NCBI RefSeq assembly: GCF_006345805.1
Contig: NC_042999.1
Location: 146,382,001-146,446,000, forward strand
Source: Octopus sinensis
Taxonomy: Eukaryota
Direction of reading: 5' to 3'
Length of the DNA stretch: 64,000 nt
Shown here: positions 1-12,177 of the stretch, piece after piece
Numbering within the stretch: the stretch's first letter is position 1
Layout: each line of letters opens with the position of its first letter
The notes under the pieces: model-generated
What the model saw: the letters and a program-made list of their open reading frames with translations, nothing else
What the model was told of the DNA's origin: nothing
Databases searched by the model: none
Made by a program: the position numbers and the translations under genes

Positions 1-202
1 CTAAACACAAATAGTCTGTGTGCAGCTTCTTCAGCAAGAAATTGCTGAACCGTGTTCTTTAACTCCGAGAGGCTACCATTTATTGAATGTGTGTGCATGC
101 GTATGTGTGAGTGTGATAGTGTGTGTCTTCACAACGTGTGCATGTTATATAGATTGCTAGATACACAAACATATGAATGTGTCTACATTTCTGTATGTAT
201 GT

Positions 203-955
203 CATTATTCAGTTTATTTCAAGGTTTCTTGCCAATAGATAAAAAAAATCGGTTTCTAACCTAGATTCAAGGCTCCTTCATTGAATTTTCAACATCAACA
301 ACAAGGTATATTCGTATGTATGTATGTATGTATGTATGTATGTATGTATGTATGTATGTATGTATGTATGTATGTATGTATGCATGTATGTATGTATGTA
401 TGTATGTATGTATGTATGTATGTATGTATGTATGTATGTATGCATGTATGTATGTATGTATGTGGAGATTTGTATGTTTTATGTATGTATTCTCATGCAT
501 ATAGTTGCATATCTAGACATACGCATGTATATTTAAATGATAAACTTCTGTAAAGTTTTACAGATTTATACAGTCCCTGTGATGGATTGGATCTGTAGTC
601 TTCGAATCAGCTTTCTCCTTTCAGGTTTTGAGAAGTCTAATTTCTCAAGATTGGTATTTAAGTAGTGTGTTACATATCTCAGGGCCCCAATAATTACAGG
701 TATATAAACCTGAACTTGTAATCTTGATAGAGTAACTGCGGATTTCTCAATAGTTCAGTATAGATGTTCTCTTTTTCACTGATCTTCAGCTTTATGTTAA
801 CATCCCCTGGGCAGTTAATTTCCACAACTGTGCACAGTTTCTCTTCTCTATTCCAAATCATTATATCAGGTCTGTTGAGCTTACATTTTAATGAAGTCTT
901 CACTGGTACATTCTACAAGTATTCCCTTTTTATTATGAGAGGCTATGGGTTATTA
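203..955 (-). mobile_element. 3' fragment of an R4/Dong-type non-LTR retrotransposon (restriction-like endonuclease + 3' UTR)
   Basis: ORF 694-903: RPDIMIWNREEKLCTVVEINCPGDVN...K...ENIY (PD..E..K RLE signature). Homologous to 45521-46150. (TATG)n-like sequence on both flanks. Confidence 0.78.
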
Positions 956-1201
956 TGTATGTATTATGTATGATGTATGTTTGTATGTATGTATGTATGT
1001 ATGTATGTATGTATGTATGTATGTATGTATGTATGTATGTATGTATGTATGCATGTATGTATGCATGTATGCATGTATGCATGTATGTATGTATGTATGT
1101 ATATATATATATATAATTTAGATTCAGAATATGGTACTTAAGTTAAAGGCACCTGAATTTAGTATGGTATCATCCAAATAATTCAAAATGGGGTGATTAT
1201 A

Positions 1202-1253
1202 ATCAAAATAAGCAACAAGGATACCTCTGGATATCCTTGTTGCTTATTTTGAT
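1202..1253. repeat. Perfect 22-bp hairpin, 8-nt loop
   Basis: ATCAAAATAAGCAACAAGGATA-CCTCTGGA-TATCCTTGTTGCTTATTTTGAT. Confidence 0.92.
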
Positions 1254-1552
1254 ATATATATAAGAAAAATAAAAACGGAAAATACGCACACTTACATGGT
1301 TATAGTATAATTTTTAATGTATCGACCGGTTTCACAATCGCTATTCATGATACAATGTTTAATTTATATGAAAATATACTTTTTCTTAAGAAGAAAATGG
1401 GTCCATGTTGTTTATAATGAGATTCACGAGTGAATGATTTTATAGGTTGACAAGTAAAGGGAGGTAATTGGTTGTTATTGTTATTGTTGTCTGTAAGGGA
1501 GATAACTGTTTAGGTTTTGGTGGGGAAAATATGTGTACAGAAAGGAGACAGG

Positions 1553-1635
<83 letters not shown>

Positions 1636-2032
1636 AAACAAATGATAGCAACAGAAAATGGAATATATGGGTAACTTTATCGCTCACAACGATCGTTTCA
1701 ACCCATCTTGCACTGACTCCACTCGCGGGGAGGGATACTGTACATCTGGTCGTGGTGCATCGCTCCGCGAAGAAGTGCCTCGTCATGTGATTTTGCAAGT
1801 GGTATCTCGTTAAATAAACCCTGTTTCGGTCGGCTTTAATACATGTTGTTTAGCAGCAGCAATAGGCTTAAGCCCTTGGGTAGGAATGACGAGGGAATGA
1901 TTTCGTTGCAATATTATAAACGGTTACTAGGTCTAAATGTATTTAATAGAAAACCAATGCCAAGGGATAAATAAAAATATAAAATATACAATGTAGGAAA
2001 GAATTGCGAGATGGTATCAAAAACGTCCTGGA

Positions 2033-2311
2033 CTAGTTCTATAGTGCGCCCCAAAACGGCCGCCGGCAGTCGCGTGCGCAGTGAGAACTACTTTTGACCT
2101 TCATGACGCGTAGTATCAGTCGCAACAGCTGATGTACTTGCGCGTACAAATGAACGTTCTCGTGGCTTTATCGATCGCATTCTCACCTGGAATCGATCTT
2201 TGTAATTTTTTGAAGACTTATACACGCCCAGATACCTGAGCGCCATCGGATGGTGGATGCCCGAGATCCTAGAAGAAAGACAGACCGACAGAATGGATTT
2301 TATATAATAGA
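2033..2311 (-). mobile_element. Non-autonomous Helitron-like element
   Basis: On the minus strand it begins TCTATTATATAAAA (after A) and ends CTAG (before T), with a GC-rich imperfect hairpin before the end. Confidence 0.55.
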
Positions 2312-3506
2312 TATATTTATATATATGTGACCGCGTGCGCATCGTTGGCGATTTTCGTCCTCCGTCTTCCCTTTCTTGGACCTTTCCTTTTTCTGTGTTT
2401 CTGACGAAGCGCTCTGTTCGAAACGTTAAATCCTTCTTATACTTGTTCCACACCCTCGCGTTGTGTTTTCTCTTTGTGTTTTCATGTTTGGATTAACTAT
2501 ATATATAGGGAGAGAGAGAGAGAGTGTGTGAGAGAGGGAAAGAGAGAAACAGACAGACAGACAAATAATGATAGATAGATAGAGAGAGAGACAGAGAGTG
2601 TGTGTGTATGTGTGTCTGAGAGAGAGAGAGAGTGTGTGTGAGCGTGTGTATGTGTATCTCTTAACCCCCTTCACCGCTTACCGGTTCGGATATTTGCAAC
2701 CTTGAATGAAATCACTGTGAGACATTGAAATTTCCAATTCCTTTTATTCAAACACACGCGAGCGCATAGAAACGTTTAATGCTTGTTATTTTTGAAGTTA
2801 GATGTTAAATTTGAAGAACCAATCTATATTCTTGTATAGAATACTTTATTAATTAATTTTTTTCTATCAGAAAATATTGATAGTGACTTCGAAATATCGA
2901 CTATGAAACCTTCATCAGACTGTAAATTACTTTTTTTTCCAAATGTTTGGCATAATTATTTGGAATCATTTTTATGGATAAGCACTATAGCTACCGAGTA
3001 AATGTGGTGTCACAAAGCATATTTGTGGCATTGGGTGGAAAATATTTTTATGAGAAAATAAATAGTAGAACTAGGGTGCATAAAGATGTTATTGGTTATT
3101 CATGTTGTTAGATCTCATTCCAACACTATATAAATGCAAGTGGTGAAAGTCAGATTTGTATAACAACACAGGTCATAGATTACGTCACAGACAGTTCACA
3201 TTTGCCGGTTTGTGCCGGAAGCTTTGTTGAGTCGCATTAGGCAATTTTTGTTGTGTTGGTTATATTTATTATTGTTTATTAAAACTGCTTTGCTTTTGTT
3301 ATTCTTGTAGTGTTAATTCAAGTATGTATGCAGACATATACGCGACAAGTGTGATCTGTATAGTAATGCAGGTCAGACATGAGTCAAATTCAATAGTCTA
3401 TACTTGAAAATAGCCTTCTATCATGTCTTCAACTAATACATTTTGCCATCTGGATACTGGCTTTCAATTATTTGTTGCTTATATAAAATTTTCATCGGTA
3501 GCTGAT

Positions 3507-3564
<58 letters not shown>

Positions 3565-3729
3565 GGTGGGGGGCGTGTATGTGCGTGTATGTGCGTGTGC
3601 ATATTTGTATGTATATATGTGTGTATGTATATTGCAATATTTTTTTCAATAGAGAAAAAGCCTGTTTCTAATCTAACCTTCAACCAAGAATCCTTCACTG
3701 GAAATTCAACATTAGCAGGGGTATTTTAG

Positions 3730-3888
3730 TATGTATGTATGTATGTATGTATGTATGTATGTATGTATGTATGTATGTATGTATGTATGTATGTATGTAT
3801 GTATGTATGAATCTATGTATGCGTGTATGTATGTATGTATGTATCTATCTATCTACCTCTCTCTCACCATCCATCCATGTATCTATTC

Positions 3889-3985
<97 letters not shown>
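3730..3985. repeat. Compound (TATG)n-(TATC)n microsatellite
   Basis: Direct inspection. Similar tetranucleotide tracts at 311-465, 975-1100, 9348-9655, 52690-52830 and 53675-53832. Confidence 0.95.
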
Positions 3986-3986
<1 letters not shown>

Positions 3987-6178
3987 ACATCTGTTCTTAC
4001 AGATGTTCATATAGAAATACACGAGAGTCACCATGTACGAGTATTTCCACATATACGGAGATACCTATGCATACACCTGCATAAGCATATGCATATATAT
4101 ATAGCACGTACTCACACAGCGCACGAGAACATAAACGCACAAACACACGCACACACTCCGGTATAAATTCATATAAATATCTACATCTAAGCACATCTAT
4201 ACTTACGCTAAAGGTGCAAAAACAGCTTGCTAGATTGAACTATAAATATAGCAAAAATAAAAATGAATCTATTTAGTCATTCATATCGTTTCCACCGATT
4301 CAGCTGTCATATCCAAAAATGTCTCTTCACCACCCCTTTCTTTTAAGCACCACGCATAATGTGATTGATTTTTTCCTTCACTTTCTCCTTTACATGTGTA
4401 CCCGTCTTATTCTCTTAGCTTTTCTTTCTCCATACCAAGTCTTATTTTCCGCTCTTCTAGTCAAATCGTCGATAAAGGTATTTAATTTCATATCAGTAAT
4501 ATACTTTGTAGCAGCACATTTACTTTGAAGTTTCAATACATCTCCTACAAGGTGGGTCCCAAACACTTACCCACACACACATGCCCCCCCCCCCCGAAAA
4601 AATACACGCACGCATCCCCCCACACGCACACACATATACAAAAAACACAGACACACACACACAGTTACAAACACAAACACACTGACCCAGACGTGCAGAG
4701 ACACACAAACACTCACACACATACACACAAACTCCAGACTTGGAAAACCAAACTACTTTGTAGACCAACGACGGCTTAATAACAGATATTTCGAATTTAC
4801 TGGCAACTACTTTTTTTGCAAACATAGATGTTAACGCTACTGGAAGCATCGATCCCTAAATCTCATGTTTGATTGTTATATATATATATATATATATATA
4901 TAATGCACACAAGAAATCAAATATCGTTTGAAATGCTTCATTTCTGCATTTGGTGCTTAAAATATATGATATTCTATACATACATGCACATACACTAGCT
5001 TTAATTTATCTCTCTAATGCATTCTTTCTTTGTCTTTCTTACTCGTTCGCACTCTCGGCGTTTCCTCGTAGTCGAAGACGTCATGCTTTATTCCTTGATT
5101 TTATTGATTATTCCTGACTGTGAGTGCCAATGTTTGAGACGAATCGTTTGCTATTTTAGACACTTAATCTACAGTATGTAATTGTTTATTTAATTATTTG
5201 CATGTCTAATTACGTAAGTAGGAACGACAATCTATAGGATGATGGTGAGATTAGAACAGGCTGATTTTTTTTGTCTTTGCTATTGGTTAAATTATGCCGA
5301 GCGATTTAATTTCCCTTGCTTCTCATTGTTATTATTTCGCCTCTTAAAAATGATTTTACAATCTGCGATGCCTTCATCTGCTACGGGTGCAAATGGGTAT
5401 TCGAGTGGGATTGGGTGCAAAAACTAGGGTAGATATATGGCTTATTAAAATCGTTTTCCAGAAAAAGAAATTAACTAATTCTTTTAAACGAGCAAGAACT
5501 TTATTATTCTACAGATCTAGATTTAATCAGTTAGCGATGATGTCTATGAACTTGTCATCATTTCCATCTGCAATTATATATTATAGCTCTCTGTCGTCAA
5601 TGAAGACAAAATCTAGGAATTGCATGAATCCACAGTCAGATTCCGCTGATCACAATCAGCAAGAAAGTTCAACATTTTGATAAAGTCATGAACGAGAAGC
5701 AGGAACAAAGAAGTCATTGAGTTTTATTATCACTATTATAATTGATTTCACTGCCTGTGGCTTTTCCTTTTCAAACTTGTCTAATTTACATTTACATTTT
5801 ATGCACTGACTCAAACCTTATTTCATGTGTTAAATCTATTCTCTAACTGTGTTTTTCATGGTTAAATTTAAAATACACTTAGATACAAAATAATTAAGAT
5901 TTTCATTTACAAATAATAATGATATTGTTATAAAGGATCTGAAAATTAATCTCCAAGGAGTGAATAGAAAAGGTTGGGAAATACTGACTTATAAGAACCT
6001 TCTGAATTTCTCTTCTTTTCAACTCTATAAATAAACTGCACTAACACAGGAGTCCCGATCTATAGAAACATTCACATACATTAGGGGAATGACGTTGAGT
6101 AATGACACGGTTTCTCTAAATGACCTTCAATACTTTTTTAGAGGCAGAGAGTACCACCGTTACATATACATATATATA

Positions 6179-6232
<54 letters not shown>

Positions 6233-6280
6233 GTATATATTATTATTATTATTATATTAGCATCATCATCATCATCATTA

Positions 6281-7030
6281 TTATCATTGCCTTTGCACAG
6301 CTTCTAACGCTGGAGATGTACTACAGTGTCAGCTGTTCACTAGTGAACTAATCTAACACCTTATTTTTCGAGCACCATCTGGAGTATTCGAGCGGTTCCA
6401 AGCACTGCTGTTTTCTGCAAGTGCGCTATCTTTATTGAAGCCCCTACTTGTTCTATGTACTTCTCATGATTTTTACTCACTGTTCTCAGGGCTCCGACAA
6501 TTATGGAGTTGACAGAACAAAATATTGGCACGACCAAAAACCTGAAGGCATCATCGAAAATGATAATGCAAAGATCCTGTTCAATTTTGTGATTCAGTGC
6601 AACCATGAGATAGAGAATGGGAAGCCAGACAAAGTCTTAATTGAGAAAGAAAGCAAACTATGCTGGATCAAAGATATAGCAAGCCCAGCTGACAACAAGG
6701 TATGCGATAAGGGAAAATGATAAGTCGATGGATATGACAGTTTAGCTTGGGAGGTTAAGCAGTTTTGATCGATGAAAAAGGTAGTAGTAATACCAATAAT
6801 TGTCGGAGCCCTGGGAACAGTGAGTAAAAATCATGAGAAGTACATGGAACAAATAGGGGCTGCAATAAGGGTAGTGCACTTGCAGAAAACAGCACTGCTT
6901 GGAACCGGTCGAATACTCCAGATGATGCTCGAAAAATAAGGTGTTAGATTAGTTCACTAGTGAACAGCTGACACTGTACTACATCTGCAGAGTTAGGAGC
7001 TGTGCAAAGGCAATGATAATAATGATGCTG
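6281..7030 (+). mobile_element. R4/Dong-type RLE 3' fragment (6505-7030) preceded by an inverted copy of its own 3' end (6281-6504)
   Basis: KPDKVLIEKESKLCWIKDIASPADN and VIPIIVGALGTV...LQKTALLGTGRIL. 6281-6504 is the reverse complement of 6796-7020, with scattered mismatches. Confidence 0.8.
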
Positions 7031-7054
7031 CTGCTATTTATAATAATAATAATG

Positions 7055-7119
<65 letters not shown>

Positions 7120-7534
7120 CAGTTGTTTGACCTTAACCAGTTGAGCATGTCCCTTAGTGGCTGACGATATGTGCATCTCTGATCACGAGCAGAAGTAGTG
7201 GGGGAGCATCATAGCCATGTGTTGAGAGGGATTCTTTGGGGTTTGAATAATTCACCTCTGGAGACATGGGTGGTTTTTTCAACATCCTTAAACAACCCTT
7301 ATTCAGGGACCGTTTGAGCGGGATGGGCTACTCAACCTGAAGAAAATTCTAACTGGGCCCCACCTGCAAGGTCATGTGCAGTTTATCTTGATATGAGATC
7401 ACCATGTCGCGCACATATGGTTGTGATGCATGTGCCTGGTGTGCCCTTATCAGACGGGTAGTCATGATCGGTATATTGGGCTTCGTATATTTTACCCCAG
7501 TGTCACTTTGATGGCATGAACTGCTCTCTCACTC
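7120..7534 (+). mobile_element. Family D retroposon copy 1 (5'-truncated, (AAT)n-flanked)
   Basis: High identity to 11093-11632, 11742-12114, 31925-32300 and 55417-55751. Ends CTCTCTCACTC(AAT)n. Confidence 0.85.
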
Positions 7535-9051
7535 AATAATAATAATAATAGTAATAATAATACATACATGTATTCATTTATGCATATATAAATGTGTGCA
7601 TGTGTGCGTGTGTGCATGTATGCATGATTTATTAAGCTCTCTTTCTCTCTCTATCTCTCTGTATATATATATATGTATGTATGTATCTCTCTCTCTCTGT
7701 ATATATATATATACACACATATATAATGTCTGTATCTCCGTTTTATGCATTAATGCTGTGTGCATTGATGCCATTAGCTGAGAGTTGACGCTCCTCATGG
7801 AATTATTTCCCAGTTTTGTAGAAAGATTTAATGGTGTTGTTGCAAAATGTTTGTTGACAAAATGTATGTTGACCTCGGTCTGTGGGGGAATGAGTGACTG
7901 TAAATTAGGAAACAAAACACATGATTTCTTTATGTCTTTTATCGGAAGAAGGAATGGTCTTTTATGATGATACTTGAGAAGCTATTGGTACACAGACTTT
8001 GATTTTCCTTCTTTCATTTTAATGTTTGGTCTAAGCATTTTCTCTTTTTAATTATGATTAGTTGATGAAAGCTCATGTAAAAAGAAAAGAGAAAACGTAC
8101 TGTAAATCCTTAGATCATAGAACTTCAAAAGAGACTTTCCCCCAAAGATTATAGCTATACCAAAGCCCAGTACTCACTTCAGTCGGGTACTATTTTATCG
8201 ATCAGTTTTTTTGCGAATTGCTATAATACTAGACATGAAAAAACACAATGCAAAGACACCGCTGAAGCATACGCACATATATAGATGCATGCAAAGGAAA
8301 ATGTACATATATAAAATGGGATTCTGGACAATTTATATCTTCCAAATTCCACTCCCAAGGCATTGGTCAACCCGAAGCTTTTGTAGTTGACACATGATCA
8401 AGGTATTGTTCACGGGATCGATTCTGGAATGACGTTGTTGCGAAGCGAGATTGTTAATCACACAGCAATGCTTACTCCTTACATGAAAACTGTTCAAAAA
8501 AATTCTCTCGGAAATAACAGTGACCACTCTATACTAAGTGTGTGTTACAAACTGAAGCAAAAAAAGAAAGCAAAAATTTCAGTTTACCTTCTGCAAATCG
8601 AAGAATACACTTTTAAATATGACTCTTATCACAAGCTTTAGGACGATTTGAAAGTTTATATTTTATAAAAGAAAGTAACTATAATGAAGAAGATTTACTA
8701 ACGAAACACAACTATTGTTTCTGTGCAGTGACAATAGCTGTTAGATGGTGAGTTTTCCATAACATAATATTACATAAATTATCATTATATTTCATAATAT
8801 CACATACATTATTTTATACATAAATATATGGAAAGCTCAGCTACTAACAGCTATTAACCTTGCAGAGAAACAGTTTTTGTATTTTAATATTAAAGCTTGT
8901 TCATTCCATCTTGCTTTATAAATTTTTATATAAATTCTGTACACATTAATAGAGTTCCACATGGATGTCCAATAAAAAGAATAGCTCTGCTGCATGATAG
9001 CATAAGGCAGCCTATAACCATACTGGGGCTTTTGAATTCACGTATTACTAC

Positions 9052-9345
9052 CATTTTAATTGTGGTATCCGTGTGGCCCTAAGCCTTTATTGTGTTTATT
9101 GTTTTGTTCCACGTCCGTTCACTAACGTTCTCCTCTAGAGCCCGTCTCACTTTGTTATGCTTTGGTCCCGTTCCAACGAAGTTTCTTGCCAGTGTCTCTA
9201 AAGTGGAAGCAATATTATCGATAATCGCCGAAATTGCGCTTGACCCTCTGGCAGATAACTGAAGAGGAGTTGGTGACCTTCTGTGTTTCCTGCTTGTCTG
9301 AGCATTTAGTATATGCTCATATGTTTATGTACAACACGTTCTTTT
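9052..9345 (+). repeat. Interspersed repeat, second copy at 10558-10870; related duplicated unit at 10170-10250 and 10385-10450
   Basis: Collinear similarity by eye (CCGTGTGG.CCTAAGCCTTTA...ATAACTGAAGAGG). Possibly Penelope pseudo-LTR derived. Confidence 0.6.
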
Positions 9346-9364
9346 AGATCTATCTATCTATCTG

Positions 9365-9446
<82 letters not shown>

Positions 9447-9447
9447 A

Positions 9448-9528
<81 letters not shown>

Positions 9529-9561
9529 CCTACCTACCTACCTACCTACCTACCTACCTAT

Positions 9562-9657
<96 letters not shown>

Positions 9658-9715
9658 ATATACATATATATGAGAGTATTGTAGTTCGTTTGAAGCATTG
9701 TGTATTGTTTGTAAA

Positions 9716-9961
9716 GAATAAAAAGTTTTGAATGGTGCAACAATGCACTATAATACAGACAATGGACTATATACTAAGTTGCAACTTAGTCATCCATAGT
9801 CTGATATGATATTTCGGAATAATATTCCTTCTTCAGATATTCTAAAGAAGGAATATTATTCCAAAATATCATATCAGACTATGGATGACTAAATTACAAC
9901 AGGTATATAGCCCATTGTCTGTATTATAGTGCATTGTTGCACCGTTCAAAACTTTTTATTC
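9716..9961. repeat. Imperfect palindrome, ~118-bp arms, 11-nt centre
   Basis: 9716-9833 is the reverse complement of 9845-9961 with several substitutions. Confidence 0.93.
9804..9840 (-). ncRNA. Candidate minimal type I hammerhead ribozyme
   Basis: ATAT-CTGAAGA-A-GGAAT(ATT)ATTCC-GAAA-TAT-C-ATAT: intact core, 5-bp stem II, palindromic ATAT stem III, C17, 4-bp stem I. Confidence 0.65.
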
Positions 9962-10966
9962 GTTATATATATATATAACGTTTGTTGTCTTATTTAATCC
10001 TGAATGTATTATGTAACGCATGCACTCATTTTTTTTTACATATTTGTAGAAATATTCGTGGAATATTTTTGTGCCACTCTGTCTCTTTCCTTTACTTTGC
10101 CTTTCTTAAGTTCCTTCCTCTGTCTGTCTCTCGCTGTCTGTCTTTCTCTGTTACCTTCCTCCCACTAAGACGTGATCCCTGACGGCCTAAGGCGGTGTCA
10201 TTCTTTTCCCGTTGCCTTCGACCGGACTGGTTACGATTTTTCTGGGCTCCTCGCTTCTCTTAAATTTCCTTTCTCTGTCTGTCTCTCTTTCTCTTTCTTG
10301 AGTACCCTCTTTCTCTGTTGCCTTCCCCTTTCTCTGTTTGTCTTCCTCTGCTACCCTCTCTCCACTATCACATAATCTGTGGCGACCTATGGCGGTATCA
10401 TTTTCGCGTTGCCTTCGACCGGATTGGCCACGATTTTCTGAGCTCCCTTCCGTGTTTATGGTCCTTTAGGGCAGATTTCATTTCTCCTTTGCGTTACCTA
10501 TTTTTGTCTTGTCTTGCAGCCCTAAAGCTCTTTTTTTTACTGTATATTTATCATTATCATTTTAATTGTTATCCCCGTGTGGTCCTAAGCCTTTACTGTG
10601 TCTATTTTCTTGTCCATCGTCCGTTCACTAACGGTCTCATCTCGAGTCCGTCTCGCTTTGTTATGTTTTGGCGCCGTTCTCGGCAAGTCTTTAGCCAGTG
10701 CCTCCAAATTGGACACAATGTTATAGATAATTACCGAAATTGCGTTTGACCCTCTGGCCGAATAACTGAAGAGGGGTTGGTAACATTCTGTGTTTTCTGT
10801 TCGTCTCTGTATTTAGTATATGTTCGTATGTTTATGTAGTAGACGTTGTTTTTAGAATAAAGTTTAGTGCTTTTAGAACAGCAGATTACTACTTGTTAAT
10901 AAGGAGGCTTATTTTCGTTAATTTAATCAATGTCGTGGAATTCTGGTCATCAGAATTACCATCAGA

Positions 10967-11012
<46 letters not shown>

Positions 11013-11027
11013 GTAGTAGTAGTAGTA

Positions 11028-11092
<65 letters not shown>

Positions 11093-11631
11093 GAGTGAGA
11101 GAGCAGTGCATGCCATCAAAGTGACACTGGGGTAAAATATACGAAGCCCAGTATACCGATCATGACTACCCGTCTGATAAGGGCACATGCATCACAACCA
11201 TATGTGCGCGACATAGTGATCTGATATCAAGATACACAGCGCATGACCTTGCAGGTGGGGGCCCAGTTAGAATTTTCTTCAGGTCGAGTAGCCCATCCTG
11301 CTCAAAAGGTCCCTGAATAAGGGTTGTTTAAGGATGTTGAAAGAAACACCCATGTTTCCAGAGGTGAAATATCCAAACCCCAAAGAATTCCTCTCAACAC
11401 ATGGCTATGATGCTCCCCAACTACTTCTGCTCGTGATCAGAGATGCACATATCGTCAGTCACTAAGGGACATGCTCAACTGGTTAAGGTCAAACAACTGA
11501 CAAGCAAATCTGTGGTATTGAGCAGAATATTTGCTGTATCCCATCTTTTATACCAAGACAAAACAATGTACATGGTAACACTTCCAATCAGTTAAGATGA
11601 GAAGCCATGAGAGCCACTGCCTGGTACTGCA

Positions 11632-11632
<1 letters not shown>
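11093..11632 (-). mobile_element. Family D retroposon copy 2 (longest, ~540 bp)
   Basis: Flanked on both sides by (ATT)n. No tRNA head and no long ORF. Confidence 0.85.
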
Positions 11633-11692
<60 letters not shown>

Positions 11693-11741
11693 TATTATTA
11701 TTATTATTATTATTATTGATATTATTATTATTATGATTATT

Positions 11742-12114
11742 GAATGAGAGAGAAGTGCATGCTATCAAAGTGACACTGAGGTAAAATATATGGAGTCCAA
11801 TATACCCAACATGACTACCCGTCTGATAAGGGTACACCAGGCATATGCATCACAGTCATATGTGCACGACATGGTGATCTCATATCAAGATAAACAGCGC
11901 ATGACATTGCAGGTGGGGACCAGTTAGAATCTTCTTCAGGTCGAGTATCCCATCCTACTCAAAAGGTCGCTGAATAAGGGTTGTTTATGGATGTTGAACG
12001 AAACACCCATGTTTCCAAAGGTGAATTATCCAAAGAATTATCCAAGAATTTCTGTCAATACACGGCTATGATGCCCACACACTACTTCTGCTCGCGATCA
12101 GAGATGCACATATC
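11742..12114 (-). mobile_element. Family D retroposon copy 3 (5'-truncated)
   Basis: Same 3' end as copy 2, separated from it only by (ATT)n. Confidence 0.85.
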
Positions 12115-12146
12115 TTCTTCTTCTTCTTCTTCTTCTTCTTCTTCTT

Positions 12147-12177
<31 letters not shown>

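Noticed and set aside
267-553. Many 60-200-aa ORFs (YIYIYI, MYVCMY, LSIY, poly-I/N/L/Y) here and throughout the ORF track
   Set aside because: Translations of stop-free microsatellites; no coding signal.
8333-8641. Overlapping ORFs tested as downstream mGluR exons (also 14560-14898 with EFWGN)
   Set aside because: They lack the FD.YF / N.WF.EFW pattern, and I found no convincing splice sites.
9255-9290. ATAA-CTGAAGA-GG motif (also near 10763) as a hammerhead
   Set aside because: No downstream GAAA/stem III. A permuted type II fold using the upstream CCGAAA does not give a valid stem I or cleavage triplet.
11575-11632. Faint resemblance of the family D 5' end to U2 snRNA words
   Set aside because: Only short scattered matches, no Sm site and no collinear alignment.
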